Below the pieces are notes generated by a model that saw only the letters and a program-made list of their open reading frames with translations, was not told where the DNA came from and ran no database searches. Source: a virus (taxonomy: Duplodnaviria > Caudoviricetes). From it: a stretch of DNA of 64,000 nucleotides. Positions within the stretch are counted from its first letter, which is position 1. Every line of letters begins with the position of its first letter. This document shows, piece by piece, positions 50,901 to 57,042 of the stretch. The DNA lies in the IMG/VR virus record IMGVR_UViG_3300031949_000027, positions 2,437 to 66,436 of that record; one strand, written 5' to 3'. The position numbers and the translations under genes are program-made.

Positions 50901-52898
50901 CTTGAAACTCAGGGATATAATGTAAAGGTAGGAAAGTTCGCTGATGCACAGGAAGAAATATTACAAAATGCTGTTACTCAGGAAGACATACTCGATCTCG
51001 CATTATCAGCAGGAATAGAACAGGACAATCCGACACTTGAAAGACTTGTTAAAACAATTCAGGCAAAAGGTTTCAGCAGACATTTTATTCCAAAGAGATT
51101 CATTCCGGGATTTGGATATAACACCAAGAACTTTGAAGAAGCTATTTTCAAGTATATCGGTTCTGTTCCCTTCTATAAGAATAGAACGATTGGCAGTAAA
51201 GAACTCGGTAAAACAATGGGTCAGCTAAAACATCAGGGGGTATTGAAGCCCGGTTCAACAAACGACAGATACGTTCAGGATCTCAAAAATAAGATTGAGA
51301 ACAGAGACGTAAAATTATCACAAGCATTAAGAGCGGTAGCATCAACATACTACCTTGCATTATCACCCGCATATTTATCACAGCAGATAGTTCAGCCATT
51401 AAATACACTTCTGCCATTGCTGCCGATAACAGCAAAAGAACTCGGATTGAATAAGATAGAAGCAGAGAAAGCATTTGGAGAGGCATTATATTCATCACTT
51501 GGATATTGGGCTTGGAAAGTTTTTGATAAAATAAATAGAATGACAGGCAGACCTACTAATCAAACATTCGGATTAGATCCTTCATTCTTAACAATGATGC
51601 GATCACTTGAAAGACAGGGAGTAGGAAAGCCATTACGTTCTCTTGAACTCGTAGGACATCAGGTTGACCCGAAAAAGCATTATGCCGATGATGCAGTATC
51701 AAAAGCAGGAGGCTCAATATCTTGGATAGCTAAGATCGCAGGTATGCCCGGCATTATGGTTGAGGATTTTACAAGAACAATAGGTATAAGAGCATTATAT
51801 ACGTTAGGTAAGAAAGCAGGATTAAGAGGAGATAAACTTGAAGACTTTATTTCAACTAATATTGCAAAGAGTTACGGACCGGCTTCAGGAAGATTAGCGA
51901 AACCTCCGGGATATTACATAGCGGGAGAGGGAAGAACAAAACCAGTAAAGGAATTAGCACAGTCAGTAATTGAATCATGGCTAACATTTAAGAACTTTGC
52001 TTTTATGAATTACGGACAATGGGGAAAAACTTGGAGAGTATTGAAAGAAGATAATATGTTCAGACCGATGGCTTACAAGTTAGGATCTCAAATTGGGTTA
52101 GCAGGATTAAAGTATATGATGTGGACTTCATCAATATTAACACTGTTAAGCGGACTCTATGCTTTATTGAATGTTACTGAAGACCCGGAAGAACAATACG
52201 AAGAATTGTTTTTACATTTCAATAAACTGGTTCCGGGATTAGGTGATGCACTATATCGAGGAATAGCATCAATAACTTTCAAGGTTGATCTATCCGCTCT
52301 GTTTGCACAGACAGCACCAATAGAAGAACCATTTACAAAAGATGTAATTCAACTTATTGGCGGAGCTCCTGCATCAGCAGCAAAAGATATAATTGAGGGA
52401 AGACTACCAAGAGCAGCGAGAGGATTCCAGATAGCGGGAAATTGGGAAGAAGGCGGAGTGAAATTAGGAAGCAGGAAACTTATTCCACCAGAAGAAATAA
52501 CAGAAGAAGAAAAGACAAAAAGAAAACTTGGTTATAATCCTTTGAGAATGGCAGACGTATATCAGAAAGAAAATACCCGGCAATTCAAATCGAAGCAATA
52601 CACCGACATCATCAGGAATAAAGTAGAAGATGAAATTATTCCATTGATCGAAAAGGGCAGAGGAAAAGAAGCGAGACAAATTTTCGCTAAACTTTATGAA
52701 GATATGAAAGCTGATAGTGTTTTAACAGAAGGACAAATGAAATCAATAACCGGAGTCAACGGTTTTATTTCACAGGTAGTATTAACCAGACTTAAAGACA
52801 GCGAGAGAGAAATAATTAAGAACTGGAAGAACAACGGAAAGCAAAAAATTAACAGCCGGGACAGAAGCAGATCCGGCAACAGAGATCGAACCCGATAA
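38961..52898 (+). CDS. 4645-aa large polyvalent (DarB-like) protein
   Basis: InPase-like domain (EPTEAQKEAGNYKKGH...DYGYI...DHLDVF, about 41730-42150); DUF2958-like segment; N6-A methyltransferase (VLEPSAGNG, NPPFG 44373-87); strawberry-notch SF2 helicase (GDMTGVGKG 45417-43, DESH, QKRGRINRTGQ); EEIIH degenerate zincin motif. Confidence 0.88.
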   Translation: MAKQPFEDLTTIADKIQNKYNLEWKGKTTTQTDDLTEIADRLDQKLKKQTEEYVGITEPEYGEDYGVPEGFIDYDSLGATREERLKKSKEQLGVKESIGSQFPGQIPFAIETPETSTANVFESLLQPETTVAESTLSTLKPIQKEDVLTIDEIKKQERQEEGTRRLIKSLQDYEKGTSVFGTPNAIQLAIEHEKKIKENPYSMTSEEAEQYYAQNQHLLKDLTNTSRRMLKDIPVIGQITNTLLYHVNPEGFRYAVADELRQNKSAVNKYADYAAEFAGSLAGLFSIGGGIHQGVNTIKAIETLAKTNPKIAKAISAFISGTTYGGLGEAEKLASGLVTPEGAIANSLASGLVWTAFTQVGTKDWLKLQKKITPTVVPEGQSLQGFIPKWKTVLNGQKVNVGYVKDKGFLSTQIGNWLIDTGIVTAVGTVSHKVARAVDDSERNDTPLVKELQKQFTEIDLTQTGIEFAINAIFTGSIPKQYGKMPPPSIKESKIFEQKLLPGERKVDETVRQSMKPISPFAPTDIKKPFVTPTTVPPPVKTPEEKIQDIELTPEPPVTELQAGMTIEEETPILENIVNKVVNGETLSEQETQLQSKYPNYIKTKVRSIQESPEFKQAQSELRQQEKQKAKLDTDNYVELSRQFKNAQRKRNIYDVEVLREGIADITSPEIKTKAETLLVEAEKHNQNLTERNKFTLENLSRKKYGTMDLRSLTEERQQGLLNEYNAMKKQGITEFKQIQTIKPIIKKGVTDAIQERSPEEILQREPEETGITGGERGGIQPSIKGEKPTEKGKQEEITEAEKEGFLTRPGKEETQPVTEIPADTKRKESKVFYRGGGEGSMPRGKTAQDVINYETKELGNNIQIEPNIKLGEIPSEKLVWLTEEEKDAIEYGDVDEIELEGEYRIIARDQDGGILVEKNYREIEPEPTEAQKEAGNYKKGHIKRDELDISIENLKGSTRSGTDKSGKKWEIELQNDYGYIKGTLGKDKDHLDVFLSEDYQEDSPVFIVNQTTPEGKFDEHKVMLGFTNIEDAEQSYVSNYEEGKANYSDVVEMSMDEFKEWSKDQELIKKPAKQKEKYPDNAFAVKLKSGKIIADADAKNHTEIVEKNNINEDDVIDIGFIKDNEFLTTKEYTDKVKSEIQQPSNNLAAIKRMIDEGKSLKQISDALNISYEEARKISDEILSKRKPIEEVEETNIATDAKGYPIVTDNYGYDHTIKLWGTHIVRTSPVKEEVTESGIKTSNFTLGGLGWEWWGFKKQGDIWEGYVEGFENEFGSFSESELKENGVKIVTDPKELQELNPPIEWKWKQKKATAEKKPTKAPEPRPKIETKPVKPKDTGIIDKDMTDLINGLLADDTALQLKKPQQPGYKKDIGPKAVTGKKPIFRSAAIKYEGKVYEGINHWDATDKAGIRIEDEVIPFEDYGFVTNEGKFVSTIEAEKLVGEVGVSSEDAITNKYLKKPTAKEIEKVEKKAGKYYKPLFQLKPGERISPEKQLKAIQLVEKFIGKEVYEFNNMVFAVEQAFGRETIEKLLPALKAGYTAYLSNVSNEVYDKMDKPDYVRKFTLDKPEGKVPIEGRPALHTEVRQLLIDVNKMTPAQADYKLKGTDIKTLEIWKKELTERAEAKGETGISRPFIQRVREEIRAGNVLTKTQLENIAKEFDITDPNVAKEQAELAIVAEARKIISETKDEKEAYDKVVQMYQNQPNLTHRTNISVENQQYSTPAPISYVAGLYVADGVGNGDVLEPSAGNGMLVIAFNTGQVYVNEIDEIRNANLRQTGYEGIANIDAEKHDNIFGKKFDGIITNPPFGSAETKKFNDYKLVKLEHIMAANALKQMQKDGRAAIIIGGHNRYDNKGRLQNDRTFFNWLNHHYNVDAVLNISGDLYKKQGTQSPIRLILINGRKEIPQGAAPLFDAQKDAEIKDFEDLYNRIKEIRNETLLRSEPNAERGLGGTSDVRSPGRKDIQKPGRTETIPEKEISRPDTEKPSELTEVGDTGLRPSGTGEPISGKPGRTGRPDIGKPTLPGSASEQGKGKTGSIDTGRSGKDIQRGFNREPASVTPRTILEVDKPFLPYKAESGGVSLDTVIPRNMSYETSKQLKILTEDVGGDIDQYVVDKLEYKDKEELYSHLGAEQIDAVALAIVAIEKNQGMIIGDMTGVGKGRIAASVIRYAVNNGFKPIFFTEKADLFSDFYRDLVDTGNKELNPFIVNSPSSKNSPDIVDEDGNVIHKAYAGDKKNEALRTGDIGGHDFVLCTYYQVNSEKRGLKRNFVSDLAEGNIVVLDESHNASGDSNTGIFFSGIVQKAKGVTYLSATFAKRPDNMPIYAVKTAISEANLTESQLVEAIEKGGVALQEIVSTDMVEAGQMIRREKSYEGIKIGYKPLVEKKSEHTIIVDNVTGIIRDIIDFQSEYIKPIVDGMDTEAAQDGERVAIEGGTNMAGVDNTPFASKVFNVIDQLLFSLKADSAADEAIQAIKKGQKPVIAVKNTMESFLDYLGAEEGEIIENTDFSTILERGLKGLFRIRRRDATGEGVADELSMNDLSPEGRAEYKRILDKINTTSVGITISPIDHIIYRLNKAGYKVGEITGRDIRLKFRDDGKAIIENRTEKDKKKILREYNNWGNPGQPRGVEGDKDIILIINSSGSTGRSAHSSPKFKDQRQRMMVTVQIELNINTEIQKRGRINRTGQVNKPEYVTLSSAIPAEQRLLMMAKKKLKSLDANVSSDQSQAGTTFEANDFLNKYGDRVVIEYLKENRELNDMLLDPLRMNAMNEEELEKFVTKEDAAHKVTGRVAILPTQLQEEFYKEIGHRYDDFIEYKDSIGENDLEVKVMPLEALTTNSRMLVAGKGGVSPFGKDSMLETAEINVLKKPHRMEKINEFLEKYLEGKGKEEKKKELIADQKIFWKGWVETHVDRKKEVIAKDLKISKEDLNKHLAGGLSVQDMMKIYPQLVGKEVFIEMEFSKYADLVNRFLVQEDFIINNIFGRYEIGSVYKLPLVRDNVSPTYSNAIFLGWDVNPKRKNPYAPSAIKLKFAVADSRQIVPIPASQRDWLNDITSESYSLSQWQKNDILSDWDNALPDNRRELKNIVTGNILQAVGDVKGGQLISYTTKDGGIKRGILIKDNRAISSDEIRVPIKRARKFIQQIDMGDFIESVGGEITLINERDRTWSIEVPASKAKGGKYYLDEGIKKLVKNGRFDKWGNTMKAELSKTNLDAMIDLLQDDFGISVRLSQEQIKRIGDDNLQLRPGKIYKDSFGNDVPVQYSKAHEFTEDNYYLKKGIVDFEIIPPQNVYWTREHIKSYDYSDDFIKTLPKLKKGDFGYEEGKEKFAVQIGGAKTFDSETGRWRISISSTATPSAYSEEIIHYLQEVIGEVSPEMARRINEWESDLKEVAKAGGISIPEGYETFAQAMVFTHLGYAEENPDVAELFEVPKDIRDWFTNEILNKSISGKANISDLLKGESQREAIRLPSGKIDNSLQNFRQKRQGMAIPSELIPIEDKRIKKGQEVYAQLKSQFGPLADVYPQWHRTMRQEYGKEFERESRKVWNEMKGILHQLKPAPKELIEKVESKGLVIDKNSIATYKIKGEPKEYVGISTPDKAVSRIFELSKLDEGLKTFPPTSLQLKKPKDFKKPMKDREERFFGKKTETEIAREQGREPESGEGNVVDFGAGLGNVFTATADKINEFVRNNKLEKEFGIESDPKLKKLYRELLTAPQWFFDKEPQLKRVWDIIDRHFVRNVNEETAILREDKWKNSKTWRKLTDIEHKEFLSALEEYEQTQYELQRDGDDLELLDWADYADEFALTPKVTEFLFTTYKPTIETALDMVKDVDRYKIINETEHNPYLQNYYEAKGTNVKQQRLDNELDKAKTEFFDDDPNSEALYENELANMVRNKKPVDEVKALELVWKNNPNLRETLAEVLIDKKYERIDGKAYFPSSRLDKKYYLSGFKKTTSEEKLLQGKFDDRFFTTNENLSTLEKIKTQLETQGYNVKVGKFADAQEEILQNAVTQEDILDLALSAGIEQDNPTLERLVKTIQAKGFSRHFIPKRFIPGFGYNTKNFEEAIFKYIGSVPFYKNRTIGSKELGKTMGQLKHQGVLKPGSTNDRYVQDLKNKIENRDVKLSQALRAVASTYYLALSPAYLSQQIVQPLNTLLPLLPITAKELGLNKIEAEKAFGEALYSSLGYWAWKVFDKINRMTGRPTNQTFGLDPSFLTMMRSLERQGVGKPLRSLELVGHQVDPKKHYADDAVSKAGGSISWIAKIAGMPGIMVEDFTRTIGIRALYTLGKKAGLRGDKLEDFISTNIAKSYGPASGRLAKPPGYYIAGEGRTKPVKELAQSVIESWLTFKNFAFMNYGQWGKTWRVLKEDNMFRPMAYKLGSQIGLAGLKYMMWTSSILTLLSGLYALLNVTEDPEEQYEELFLHFNKLVPGLGDALYRGIASITFKVDLSALFAQTAPIEEPFTKDVIQLIGGAPASAAKDIIEGRLPRAARGFQIAGNWEEGGVKLGSRKLIPPEEITEEEKTKRKLGYNPLRMADVYQKENTRQFKSKQYTDIIRNKVEDEIIPLIEKGRGKEARQIFAKLYEDMKADSVLTEGQMKSITGVNGFISQVVLTRLKDSEREIIKNWKNNGKQKINSRDRSRSGNRDRTR
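41215..41415 (+). CDS. Nested gene 1 (+1 frame of the giant gene): 66-aa basic protein
   Basis: AAGGAG 41203-08, 6 nt before ATG; ends SLRDRVRKKLNL, matching two other phage proteins. Confidence 0.7.
   Translation: MPYKSEAQRKYFNVNRKKLESQGVNVEEFNQASKGKSLPKKVSKKKSPKRKKKVSLRDRVRKKLNL
44767..45153 (+). CDS. Nested gene 2 (+1 frame): 128-aa acidic helical protein
   Basis: AAGGAG 44754-59, 7 nt before ATG; amphipathic L/E pattern; the host frame here is a G/R/P/S-rich linker. Confidence 0.6.
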   Translation: MKLYYDQNLMPSEDLAELLMCEVPAEKIFKNPEELKPYLRKRLADLIRKSPQNLQKLETLVYDLLEQENPYLESPEELADLILESPHYREVLQNKEKEKPEVLTQEEAEKIFNEASIENLLQLLHAQF

Positions 52899-52907
52899 GC
52901 CCTCCCC

Positions 52908-52946
52908 TATAAGTGCCTGTAAAAGCTGACGTTATAGGCACTTATA
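52908..52946. other. 15-bp inverted repeat at the late/early module junction
   Basis: TATAAGTGCCTGTAA-N9-TTATAGGCACTTATA (one G-T pair); no U tract. Confidence 0.7.
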
Positions 52947-52955
52947 CCTTACCTA

Positions 52956-52986
52956 TTGACAAATGAACAATCGTTCACTATATTTG
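52956..52986 (+). promoter_or_regulatory. Promoter TTGACA-N17-TATATTTG with TGAAC-N4-GTTCA operator in the spacer
   Basis: Direct reading; the ORF track's TTG start at 52956 is actually this -35 box. Confidence 0.75.
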
Positions 52987-53021
52987 CACAGCACGAAGAA
53001 CATAATATAGGAAACAACACA

Positions 53022-53261
53022 ATGAAATCAATTCAAGATATTGTTATAGAACTAAAGGGCATCGTAAAGAAAACTCAAATCATTATGGATATCCGTTTGG
53101 GTAATCACGGTATCACTGCAACAAAGATTGGAAACAGTTACGCCATTGAAGATGCAGTTGCTAAGAAATACATCAACACAAGAAAAAAACTACACACACA
53201 GAAACAACACAGAAAGGGAACAAAAAATGAAATCTCTTTGTCAACTAATCAAACCAAATGA
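53022..53261 (+). CDS. Excisionase-type HTH protein (Cro-like candidate)
   Basis: IRLGNHGITATKIGNSYAI; first gene after the operator-containing promoter. Confidence 0.6.
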   Translation: MKSIQDIVIELKGIVKKTQIIMDIRLGNHGITATKIGNSYAIEDAVAKKYINTRKKLHTQKQHRKGTKNEISLSTNQTK

Positions 53262-53904
53262 GAATCTCAATTACAACGAAATAAATATTGTAGTTGCCCA
53301 GACCACTCCCTATGATTCTCGTTTAACAATTTATCCTTTTACAAACTGCTATCCTTTTGATAGATCAACCAATATTGCCAAGTGGAATGAGATTGCTTGT
53401 AAAATATTTTATTCTGAACACAGAGAAGTTGTTACCCTAACACCGAATATGGAGACACCAAAAGAATCTTTGAACTATCAAGTAGTATTTTCGTCAGACA
53501 ATGGCAAATTCAGAATAAGAGCATCAATACATCAGAAACACTTTGACAATGAAAATGCTTTAGAAGCAATCAAAGTAACGATGAAAAAAGTTATCGAAGC
53601 TGTAAATAAGATCATCGAAACGGCTTGGATGCACAATAAGATGTTACAATGCTTCCCGGAATTTAATCAGGAAGTAACGAAGGATTTAGCACTTACTATA
53701 AATAAAAACATCACGGATCTCGAGGCACTCAAAACCGACATAGGGAACATCAAGCGCATTTACATAGATGATAAAACATTGATGCAGAAGTTTGACGAAT
53801 TAAGCACATTGGTTACAAATATTAAAAAAGACATAGATGTTTGGCTTCCATTTCTTCCGGCGAAACCTCATTTAAGAGTAAAAAGAAAAAGAGCAGGGAA
53901 ATAA
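53227..53904 (+). CDS. Hypothetical protein
   Basis: ATG 53227 with GAAAGGGAA RBS and AC-rich leader. Confidence 0.7.
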   Translation: MKSLCQLIKPNENLNYNEINIVVAQTTPYDSRLTIYPFTNCYPFDRSTNIAKWNEIACKIFYSEHREVVTLTPNMETPKESLNYQVVFSSDNGKFRIRASIHQKHFDNENALEAIKVTMKKVIEAVNKIIETAWMHNKMLQCFPEFNQEVTKDLALTINKNITDLEALKTDIGNIKRIYIDDKTLMQKFDELSTLVTNIKKDIDVWLPFLPAKPHLRVKRKRAGK

Positions 53905-53907
53905 ATA

Positions 53908-54168
53908 ATGGCATCGGACGGACTTTCAGAATTAGCGAAAAAAGGTAAATGTAGAATTTGTTATCGTGTAAGAGAAACAATCACGAAAGTAAAAGCAGTT
54001 GGAGAAGTGCATCATGGGTATGCAACCGGACATATTTGGGAATGTATTGATAAAAAAGAATGTGAGAAGAAAGCAAAAGAAAAAATCGAGAAGAAAGCAA
54101 AAGATTGGGAACTTATAAAAATCGCTTTACGGCGGGGAAGTTATAAAGGATATATATGGAGAAGTTAG
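53908..54168 (+). CDS. Hypothetical Cys/His protein
   Basis: CRIC...HIWEC..C. Confidence 0.6.
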   Translation: MASDGLSELAKKGKCRICYRVRETITKVKAVGEVHHGYATGHIWECIDKKECEKKAKEKIEKKAKDWELIKIALRRGSYKGYIWRS

Positions 54169-54416
54169 AATCATCAGAACAAACTATATGCGAAAGTTGC
54201 GGAGAGAAAGCACACGGAGAGGATATTGATATGATGTATTGCAGACATTGTAATGACCACGCAACCTTTATAGATGTTTCTGATTGCCCGGATTGCAATG
54301 GCACAGGAGAAACAGACGTAATTGATACGAGTAAAGTTAATTCACAGACTATTGATATACCTTACAAGAAAGTTAAGTGTGAGAATTGTAACGGAGAGGG
54401 TTGGGTAGAAACATAA
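54156..54416 (+). CDS. Zinc-finger protein with DnaJ-type CxxCxGxG repeats
   Basis: CESC, CRHC, CPDCNGTG, CENCNGEG. Confidence 0.7.
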   Translation: MEKLESSEQTICESCGEKAHGEDIDMMYCRHCNDHATFIDVSDCPDCNGTGETDVIDTSKVNSQTIDIPYKKVKCENCNGEGWVET

Positions 54417-55048
54417 TGAAAACAATAAAACAAAAACTTGAAAAGGCAGTTGCCAAACTAACCTTTGATGAGTTTAAGCACGAATATAAATTAGATGATA
54501 TAATAGTTCCATCAGTAACTCAGACAATCAAAATAGCAGGACTGATTGATTTATCATTTGTAGATAAAGAATTACTTGCATACAAATCAGACTTAGGGAA
54601 CAAAGTTCACAAGACAACAGAACTTTATGATACAAACAATCTTGATGAGAAAACCTTACACCCGGTATTAATAGGATATTTATTGGCTTGGAAAAAGTTT
54701 ATTTGGGATTATCGTTTCAAATCACTTTTTATTGAATTGGCTATGGTTCACCCATTATACAGATATGCAGGAAGGATTGATCGAATTGGAACTATTATAG
54801 ACAGTAATACTATTGCTCAAGTTGACATTAAGACCGGAGTAAAACATCACTCATACGCTATCCAGTCAGCAGGATATACCGAACTATATAATTATGGTAA
54901 GCCTAAGAAAGAACAGATCAAGCGAAGATTTACCGTTTACCTGAACGAAGACGGCACTTACAAAGTAGAAGAACACAAGAAAGCAACAGATATTAAAATA
55001 TTTATGGCAGCATTAACAATTTGTAATTATATGAGGAACCATAAATGA
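54416..55048 (+). CDS. Cas4/RecB-like PD-(D/E)xK exonuclease
   Basis: VPSVTQ, GNKVH, YAGRIDR, VDIKTG, IQSAGY. Confidence 0.85.
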   Translation: MKTIKQKLEKAVAKLTFDEFKHEYKLDDIIVPSVTQTIKIAGLIDLSFVDKELLAYKSDLGNKVHKTTELYDTNNLDEKTLHPVLIGYLLAWKKFIWDYRFKSLFIELAMVHPLYRYAGRIDRIGTIIDSNTIAQVDIKTGVKHHSYAIQSAGYTELYNYGKPKKEQIKRRFTVYLNEDGTYKVEEHKKATDIKIFMAALTICNYMRNHK

Positions 55049-55173
55049 TTTATATAAATGGATGCACAATGTATGAATTTCAGTTCTGGAGACTTTGTGT
55101 TTATTTAACCAAGAAAGATTTTAGAGTTAAAAATAATAAACCATATTTAAGAATAGAATGGAGTCCAAAATGA
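55045..55173 (+). CDS. 42-aa hypothetical protein (absent from track)
   Basis: ATGA overlaps at both ends. Confidence 0.5.
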   Translation: MIYINGCTMYEFQFWRLCVYLTKKDFRVKNNKPYLRIEWSPK

Positions 55174-55862
55174 AGACAGAAAAAGGGAACAGTATCAGTG
55201 TAAACATTGATACCACCAAAGAAAAACAGAAAGTCGCCGATGTTCCGGCATTGTGCAAGAAAGCAGAATTAGTTATTACTAATCAGGAACAACTTGATAT
55301 TGCAAGCGATGTGCTGAAAGATGTTAAGGCACGATACAAAGAACTTGACAATCAGAGAAAGAGTATTACCCAACCTCTGGATGCAGCCAAGAAGCAGGTA
55401 ATGGAATTGTTTCGTCTTCCCTTAGAACTTCTGGAGGGTGCTGAAAGGAAAATCAAGGGATTGATGATAGGCTACACTAATGAACAGGAGCGTAAAGCCA
55501 GAGAAGAACAGGCACGATTACAGAAACTTGCCGATGCCGAAGCTGCAAAACAAAAAAAGATTTTAGATGAGAAGATCGCAAGAGCAGAATTATCCGGGAA
55601 AACAGAGAAGGTTGAAGAACTCGAAGCACAGAAAGAGGCAGTAGTCCCTATTGATGTTCCGGTAATATCAGCGAATGTTGATACACCGACAGGGATCTCT
55701 TACAGAGAGAAATGGAATGCAGTAGTCATTGATGAAAAATTAGTTCCGAGAGAATACCTGATAGTTAATCAACAGGCACTTGATAAAGTTGCACAGGCAA
55801 CAAAGGGTAGCCTACAAATACCGGGAGTAAGATTTGACAAGAGCAAAGTAGTAGTAGCATAA
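55170..55862 (+). CDS. Conserved coiled-coil phage protein of recombination modules
   Basis: RKSITQPLDAAKK...VPREYLIVN pattern. Confidence 0.7.
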   Translation: MKTEKGNSISVNIDTTKEKQKVADVPALCKKAELVITNQEQLDIASDVLKDVKARYKELDNQRKSITQPLDAAKKQVMELFRLPLELLEGAERKIKGLMIGYTNEQERKAREEQARLQKLADAEAAKQKKILDEKIARAELSGKTEKVEELEAQKEAVVPIDVPVISANVDTPTGISYREKWNAVVIDEKLVPREYLIVNQQALDKVAQATKGSLQIPGVRFDKSKVVVA

Positions 55863-56170
55863 TGAAAGTAGTAATACGGTTCGGGACTTTTGGTTTAGAA
55901 ATAGCGGAATATGTTTCCGAGACCAAGAAACTATTCAGGGCTAAGAAGATACCCAACAATAATATATTGCTTGAATTTTATGGTGGATGGATAAAAAAAG
56001 CCGATGCGATATATGTTGGAGAGTTATCAGCGAAGATTTTATCTATTGTTAATAAATATCACATAGCACGAAAGAGACGAGAAAGAAAGATTGACAAGAT
56101 TTATCAGGAAACTAATAAAGAGTTTGGAGAGTTGATACAGAAATTAAAAGATTTACAGAAAGGAAAGTAA
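55862..56170 (+). CDS. Hypothetical protein
   Basis: 102-aa coupled ORF. Confidence 0.65.
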   Translation: MKVVIRFGTFGLEIAEYVSETKKLFRAKKIPNNNILLEFYGGWIKKADAIYVGELSAKILSIVNKYHIARKRRERKIDKIYQETNKEFGELIQKLKDLQKGK

Positions 56171-56171
56171 A

Positions 56172-56453
56172 ATGAGCGAATCAGAAATAGAAGATTTGCT
56201 AAGATTGAGTATATCTAAGTGGGGTAAAAATCTACAAAGAATATTGATGGTAGAAGAATGTTCAGAATTGGTTAAAGTTATCTGTAAAGAAATCAGAGCA
56301 GAAAAATGTGATAGGTTAAATAAAGCCGTTTGTGAAGAACTGGCTGATGTGAAAATTATGCTCAAACAAATGGAACTTATTTATAGTCCAGAACTTATTA
56401 AGAAATTTGAAGCAGAAAAACTATTAAGATTAAAAGAAAGATTGGAGGAATAA
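56172..56453 (+). CDS. MazG-like NTP pyrophosphohydrolase
   Basis: MVEECSEL...EELADVKIM. Confidence 0.8.
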   Translation: MSESEIEDLLRLSISKWGKNLQRILMVEECSELVKVICKEIRAEKCDRLNKAVCEELADVKIMLKQMELIYSPELIKKFEAEKLLRLKERLEE

Positions 56454-56454
56454 A

Positions 56455-57042
56455 ATGAAAAAGCAGACAAGAAAGAAAAAAGTAATCCCGAAGAAGAAGT
56501 TGAGTAATCTAACGCCAGAGAAAGCATTTCTTAAAGCATTTTTAGCTTTGCAAAGTGAATTACCGGAATTAAAGAGAACGGAGAAAGTCAACGAAGATGG
56601 ACGTGTATATTCATACACTCCACTACCTATAATGAGAAAGGTATTACAGCCATTACTAACCAAACACGGATTTATGTATGCTTGGGACTCAAGAGAAGTG
56701 GATAATAAAAGGATAGAATACACCTGCATACTTACTCATATTGACGGACACTCAAAAACATCGAGCATAATTGCTGAAAAGGACAGCACAGCAGATATGA
56801 ATAATATTCAGGCAGTTGGCAGCACAACGACATACTTGCAGAGATACACGCTTAAAGCCGTTCTCGGTTTAACTTCTGCCGATGATGATGATGATGGGAG
56901 ATCAGCAGGGAAGAAGAATAAAAGAGAAGAAATCCCGGAACCAAAACCTAAGCCCAAACCAGACGGAGAGCATAATAAAGTAGTTCAAGAAATTTTAACA
57001 TTCAAAGAAGGAGAAAAAAAAGATGATAGCCCTAAGACCTAA
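56455..57042 (+). CDS. erf: ERF-family single-strand annealing protein
   Basis: YSYTPL...LTKHG...QAVGSTTTYLQRYTLKAVLGL..DDDDG. Confidence 0.88.
   Translation: MKKQTRKKKVIPKKKLSNLTPEKAFLKAFLALQSELPELKRTEKVNEDGRVYSYTPLPIMRKVLQPLLTKHGFMYAWDSREVDNKRIEYTCILTHIDGHSKTSSIIAEKDSTADMNNIQAVGSTTTYLQRYTLKAVLGLTSADDDDDGRSAGKKNKREEIPEPKPKPKPDGEHNKVVQEILTFKEGEKKDDSPKT

Noticed and set aside
52956-53021. Track start TTG 52956, and likewise 7700, 16582, 36704, 37713, 53128, 54401 and 55158
   Set aside because: These extensions run through promoters, terminators or upstream genes; downstream ATGs with coupling or an RBS are preferred
54416-55048. Cas4-like gene as evidence of a CRISPR system
   Set aside because: No repeat-spacer array or other cas genes seen; it sits in a standard phage recombination operon
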